This document shows, piece after piece, positions 59,764 through 64,000 of a stretch of 64,000 nt of DNA; the first letter of the stretch is position 1, and each line of letters opens with the position of its first letter. The notes under the pieces are model-generated. The model was not told the DNA's origin, ran no database searches, and worked only from the letters and a program-made list of their open reading frames with translations. The stretch covers positions 704,001 through 768,000 of the forward strand of contig CBDCRW010000007.1 in the NCBI GenBank assembly GCA_965221125.1, given 5' to 3'. The DNA is from Alphaproteobacteria bacterium (GTDB lineage: Bacteria > Pseudomonadota > Alphaproteobacteria > UBA828). The position numbers and the translations under genes are program-made.

Positions 59764-60483
59764 TCACTCGGCCGCCCGCGCCTCGCCGCTGCCGGGCGCA
59801 AGCTCCGGCGGCAGGATCGTCCGCTCGTCGACCCTCGCCGCTTCGAGCTGCGCCGGCGTGAGATTGCGTACCTCGCCCAGGTCGGCGCCCGAGAGATCGG
59901 CGTCGACCAACGCCACGCCGCCGAAGTAGGCGCTCCTCAGTGTGGCACCCCTGAAGCTGGTGCCGGGGAACTCCGCGCCCACCAGCATGGCACCTTCCAG
60001 GTTCGCGTCCTCCAGGCTGGCGCGGCCCACCCAGGCGCCGTGCAGGTCGGCGCGCTTGAGCGTGGCGTGCTCCAGGTGCGCGCGGCCGAGCCAGGCGCGC
60101 TGCAGGCTGGCCTCCACCAGCGAGGCGTGCTCCATGCGCGCGTCGCCGAGGGCGGCATCGGAGAGGTCCGCCTTGTCCAGCACCGCATGCTGCAGCGTCG
60201 AGCCGGCCAGATCGGCGCGGTTCAGGTTCGCGCCGGCGAAATCGGCCCCAGAGAGTTCGGCGCCTGCGAAGTCGGCGCGGAAGAGGTTGGCGTCTCTGAA
60301 TATTGCGCGGCGCAGGTCGGCGCCGGGGAAGCGCACGTCGGCAAGCTCCAAGCCGGAGAAGTCGGCGCGCACGCCCTCCGCACCGTCGCTCTCGAGCCAG
60401 CGCGCGTGGTCTGCGCGCACTCGCGCGATGGTGTCGGGATCGGGCTTTTCGTTTGTTGCCGCGCCCCCGGCGGGGTTCAGCAT
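59764..60483 (-). CDS. Pentapeptide-repeat protein
   Basis: H..WL.S.G.EG.RA N-cap followed by many A(D/N)LxX repeats. Confidence 0.88.
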   Translation of the reverse strand: MLNPAGGAATNEKPDPDTIARVRADHARWLESDGAEGVRADFSGLELADVRFPGADLRRAIFRDANLFRADFAGAELSGADFAGANLNRADLAGSTLQHAVLDKADLSDAALGDARMEHASLVEASLQRAWLGRAHLEHATLKRADLHGAWVGRASLEDANLEGAMLVGAEFPGTSFRGATLRSAYFGGVALVDADLSGADLGEVRNLTPAQLEAARVDERTILPPELAPGSGEARAAE

Positions 60484-60544
60484 GGCGCACACTCCCTTGC
60501 CCCGCACAGCCGCTCCCCAGTGCCGCGCGGGGTCCTCTCGCCGA

Positions 60545-61520
60545 ATGAGGCTATCCAATAGCGATAGAAGGCGTTTCGATCAATGGTGGAGGCGGTGTGG
60601 GTCGGACCCTCGACCGGCTCCACTTAAGAAGGGTGCGACACGCGATAATCAAGCTCATGCGTATATTCCTCAACCAACATCTTGGTGAATCGGGCCAACG
60701 TGCGTCGCGCCAACCATGTCAGTGAAAAAGAGAATGCCGAAAAGATCTGACATGCCTTAGCCATCACATTCCTCATCATCATTGAGTATCCAACACAAGA
60801 AAGCAACAAAGGATATGCACATTAGGCTATTTCGTTCGTTGCCGTATTGAACATCAATACCGTGTAAAATTAGATGACGATTTACTCCGTTAAATGACGA
60901 CCCTCGCTCCCTCTCGTTTTGCCACAGTGGTATTGCTTCGTTGAATAAACTGAAGATTGCCTCTGAGAATGTACCCTCCAATTGAACGATGTACTCCGTA
61001 CTTGCCTTATGCCGCAGTCTCTCGATAAAGAAATTCGTGGAGAACCTATCACACCATATCCCGTCTGCCTGCGAAAGAAGAACGGGAATCGATAAGTTGT
61101 ACTTTCCCTCCTTATGAGCATCGAAAGCATCAACAAGAATGTCTTTACGGTGTGGATATCTCTCTATGAGCTTGTTTTCTATAGCGTTCAATCTTTGTCT
61201 GTAGTATTCGGCAATATTGTCATCTCCATTTCCCTCACGCAGGTTCCTTGCAAACATGTGAGGTTCGCTGATTGTCATTTCAGCATCAATATACCATCCA
61301 GACTTAGCCAAATATTGCGCTATCTTTTCGAGCAATTCAGGTTGCTCGTTTATTTTCTTCGAAAGACGATTAAGAGGTTCTAACGCCTTGTTGATTCTAT
61401 CGAGAGCGGATGTCAATGGACTGAGCGCGTGATTGAATTCAGATGCTTTCTGAACAATCTCTGAAAACTGTTGTTGAGGTGACAACTCTCTTTCCATGGT
61501 TCTTATCCTAATTCTGAGCC
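60545..61520. mobile_element. Small horizontally acquired AT-rich islet with no mobility gene
   Basis: Sharp compositional drop relative to both flanks. Confidence 0.6.
60757..61497 (-). CDS. AT-rich hypothetical protein with a C-terminal Rx4H (HEPN-like) motif
   Basis: 246-aa ORF in visibly AT-rich DNA; helical sequence; NRHLILHG near the C-terminus. Confidence 0.75.
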   Translation of the reverse strand: MERELSPQQQFSEIVQKASEFNHALSPLTSALDRINKALEPLNRLSKKINEQPELLEKIAQYLAKSGWYIDAEMTISEPHMFARNLREGNGDDNIAEYYRQRLNAIENKLIERYPHRKDILVDAFDAHKEGKYNLSIPVLLSQADGIWCDRFSTNFFIERLRHKASTEYIVQLEGTFSEAIFSLFNEAIPLWQNERERGSSFNGVNRHLILHGIDVQYGNERNSLMCISFVAFLCWILNDDEECDG

Positions 61521-62662
61521 TCGGGCCGTGAAATACGGCCGCCAGGAACCAACACGCGCCCTTCCATCAGGCGGCGTGCGGTGCGGGTTACCGTGACGCG
61601 GGCGACGCAGGGCGGGTCGGCGGCGGAGACATCGACCAAGACCTCTGCAACGCCGGAGGGATGGCCGAGGCGGATGGCGCTATCATCGGCTGTGCCGGGG
61701 CGCGTTACCTCGGCTGCAACGGTGCCCGGAATACGGGCGGCCGCCGCCAACGCCAGGGCCGCCGTGAGCGGCAACGCCCGGTGCGGGCGACCCATTGAGA
61801 TGACGCGGGCCGAGAGATCGGCGGAATCGGCAGCCAATCGAGCGCCGCTCAGGGTCATCGCGTCGGCAGGCGGGGCGACGAAGCCCACCTTGGGCACGCT
61901 CTCCGTTTCCGGAGGAATTCCCATTGCCGCGGCCCCGGCGTGGCGGATCGTTTCCAGCCGCCCCAGGAGGGCGGAGTCGCTCTCCATCGCATCGGGCAGC
62001 TCGACACCGTTCAGGCCGAGCGCGTCGGCGTGGACGCACACCAGTGCCGTCGATGCGTCGATCAGCGTCGCCTCGATCTCGCCGAGGCCCGGTACGTCGA
62101 GCACGTCACGGGCGCGTCCCGTCGGCAGCAGTCGTCCGGTGACGGCGCCGCCCGGCTCCAGGAAGGAAAGCTCGATGGGCGCGCCCCGGCCGGCGACGCC
62201 GTCGAGCACGGTTTCGCCTTCCACCACCGCGCGTCCGCCCGCGACCTCGAAGCGCGCTTCGATCGTCTGATCCAGGTTACAGTTATAAAGGGTGAGGGCG
62301 ACCTCACCGTTCGTCGCCCGCACCAGCCCCTCGTCCACCGCGAAGGGCCCCACCGCCGCCGTCAGGTTGCCGCAGTTGCTGCGGTAGTCCACCAGCGCGC
62401 GCTCCACGGCCACTTGTCCGAACAGGTAGTCGATGTCCACGCCCGGCCGCGTGCTCGGGCTCACCACCACCACCTTGCTGAGCGAGGAGATGCCGCCGCC
62501 CATGCCGTCGAGCTGGCGGCCGTGCGGGTCGGGGCTGCCGAGGGCAGAAAGGAAGAGCGCGTCCCACGCCGCGCGCTCTTCAGGCAAGTCGCGGCGGTGG
62601 AAGAAGAGGCCCTTGCTGGTGCCGCCCCGCATGAAGACGGCAGGCAGCGCGATCTGGCTCAC
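61508..62662 (-). CDS. prpF: PrpF-family aconitate/methylaconitate isomerase
   Basis: MRGGTSKG, DGMGGG.SS.SK, NCGN, GHPSG and RTARRLMEG. Confidence 0.88.
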   Translation of the reverse strand: MSQIALPAVFMRGGTSKGLFFHRRDLPEERAAWDALFLSALGSPDPHGRQLDGMGGGISSLSKVVVVSPSTRPGVDIDYLFGQVAVERALVDYRSNCGNLTAAVGPFAVDEGLVRATNGEVALTLYNCNLDQTIEARFEVAGGRAVVEGETVLDGVAGRGAPIELSFLEPGGAVTGRLLPTGRARDVLDVPGLGEIEATLIDASTALVCVHADALGLNGVELPDAMESDSALLGRLETIRHAGAAAMGIPPETESVPKVGFVAPPADAMTLSGARLAADSADLSARVISMGRPHRALPLTAALALAAAARIPGTVAAEVTRPGTADDSAIRLGHPSGVAEVLVDVSAADPPCVARVTVTRTARRLMEGRVLVPGGRISRPEAQN

Positions 62663-62676
62663 GATGAACCCGCCGG

Positions 62677-63999
62677 CTAGGGCCGGTTCTTGCGCGCCGC
62701 CGCGTCGAGGCCGGCGATCCGGCCGAAGACCGCGCCCCGCATCACCGAGGTGGAGCCCGTGTAGGTGCGGTAGTAGAGGCCGGCGGTCTCGCCTGCGGCG
62801 TAGAGGCCGGGGATCACCTCGCCGTCGGCGTTCAGCACCTGGGCGGAGGGACTGATCTTGAGGCCGCCGAAGGTGAAACAGTTGGCGGCGATGATCGGCC
62901 AGGCGCGGTAGGGCGGCTGGTCCACGGGGCGCGCCCAGTTGGACTTTCGGAGCGCGAGGCCATCCGTGCCCAGTCCGTCGAGCGCCAGCGGCTTGAAGCC
63001 GTCCTCGCCACGACAGGCCGCGTTGTAGTCGCCCAGGGTGCGCGCGAGTTCGTCGCCGTCGATGCCGAGAGCGTTCGCGAGCGCAGCCGGCGTCTCCGCC
63101 TCCACCGGCGGCTGATCGGTGCGCACCGACTTCTGCCAGTTGGGCACGTCGTCGAGCCTGGCATCAGTGATGGCGAAGGCGATGCCCTCGGTCTGCGCCA
63201 TCATCTGTCGGGACGCCGCCTCGTAGCTCGCGTCCACCGTTGCCGGGGCCTCGTCGACGAAGCGCCGGCCCTCCCGGTTCACCAGAATGCCGTAGGGGTA
63301 GTTGAGCACCACCGGCTCGTGCTGGCCCGAGCGCGGATCGACCGGCTGGGCGTGGAAGCTGCCGTAGTCGCCGCAAGGCGCGGCGCCGATCTCCAGCGCC
63401 ATGCGGATGCCTTCGCCGCGGTTGTAGTAGCCGCCGCGCGCGACCGGGCGGATGAACTGGCTCTGCGGGCCGAGGTAGCGGCTCAGCATCTCGGGGTTGC
63501 CCTCGAATCCGCCGGAGGCCAGCACGACCGCCCGCGCCCGCAGGCGGATGCGCCGGTTGCGCGGCCCACTCGCTTCGACGCCGTTCACCCGGCCGTCGTC
63601 GTCCTGCATGAGTCCGCGCGCCGTCGTCTCGTAGTGGATGGCGATGCGGTCCGGCACGCTCTCGGCATGGGCCGCCAGCGCCTCCACCAACGCGAGGCCG
63701 CCGCCGGCGGGCGCCATGCGGGTCGTGCTCTCGGTGATGAAATAGTTGGGCAGGAAGTCGAACTCGACGCCGAAGCCCGTGAGCCAGCGCAGCGTCGGCC
63801 CGGCGTTGTCGGCGAGCGTCGTGACCAGCTCGGGATCGACGAAGCCGAGGCCGCGCAGGAGCCTCGGCCACTCGTCGTAGGGCCTGACGCTGTCTTCAAT
63901 CACCGCAGGGTCGAGGTGGCCGCCCGCGTTCTCTGCGAAGCGATCCACAAAATCCTCGGAGACCGCATCGTGGCTTTGCATCCGCCAGAACGACTCGGT
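62677..63999 (-). CDS. FAD-dependent oxidoreductase, TcuA (tricarballylate dehydrogenase)-like, truncated by the window edge
   Basis: VVLASGGFEGN, HAQPVDPRS, YPYGILVN..G.RFVDE, FTFGG and GLYAAGE. Frame is open to the window end. Confidence 0.82.
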   Translation of the reverse strand, partial: TESFWRMQSHDAVSEDFVDRFAENAGGHLDPAVIEDSVRPYDEWPRLLRGLGFVDPELVTTLADNAGPTLRWLTGFGVEFDFLPNYFITESTTRMAPAGGGLALVEALAAHAESVPDRIAIHYETTARGLMQDDDGRVNGVEASGPRNRRIRLRARAVVLASGGFEGNPEMLSRYLGPQSQFIRPVARGGYYNRGEGIRMALEIGAAPCGDYGSFHAQPVDPRSGQHEPVVLNYPYGILVNREGRRFVDEAPATVDASYEAASRQMMAQTEGIAFAITDARLDDVPNWQKSVRTDQPPVEAETPAALANALGIDGDELARTLGDYNAACRGEDGFKPLALDGLGTDGLALRKSNWARPVDQPPYRAWPIIAANCFTFGGLKISPSAQVLNADGEVIPGLYAAGETAGLYYRTYTGSTSVMRGAVFGRIAGLDAAARKNRP

Positions 64000-64000
64000 G

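Noticed and set aside
59764-60483. Periodic DNA pattern suggesting a repeat array, or a Qnr-type resistance gene
   Set aside because: Explained by pentapeptide protein repeats. No Qnr-specific evidence can be read from the sequence.
60624-60809. 61-aa ORF in the AT-rich islet as a possible antitoxin
   Set aside because: Overlaps the main ORF, starts at TTG with no RBS, and has no recognisable motif.

Overview
This is a high-GC alphaproteobacterial chromosome segment, probably Rhodospirillales-like. The assignment is inferred from the short proS followed by lolC/E-lolD, the helicase-S4-fdxA-carD cluster, a SAM-II riboswitch before metZ, mutY/dciA/dsbA/smc, and a stand-alone F0 operon (atpI-B-E-b'-b). 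Core genes are interleaved with catabolic and transport modules: a sugar-type ABC system, a NitT/TauT ABC system, a Rieske oxygenase with a gamma-butyrobetaine-dioxygenase-like gene, an ETF module, a hydantoinase/oxoprolinase pair, prpF/tcuA-like genes, and several SDRs and Fe(II)/2OG enzymes. Two tRNAs are present, Pro(GGG) and Arg(CCT). I found no integrase, transposase or CRISPR array. The most notable items are: (1) a ~1 kb AT-rich insert encoding an Rx4H (HEPN-like) protein, bounded by a tRNA/tmRNA-3'-end-like hairpin; (2) a membrane Fe-S/CCG oxidoreductase fused to EtfB; (3) recurring mini-ORFs that overlap both the upstream stop and the downstream start, including a 17-bp triplication at lolC/lolD; (4) a CarD with a ~140-aa basic N-terminal arm followed by a phosphoesterase lacking most metal ligands; (5) a Rieske/BBOX junction with no nearby start codon; (6) an orphan DNA methyltransferase inside the dciA-dsbA-smc unit; (7) an AtpF with an apparently duplicated membrane anchor. 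All family calls come from motif recognition by eye, not from database searches.
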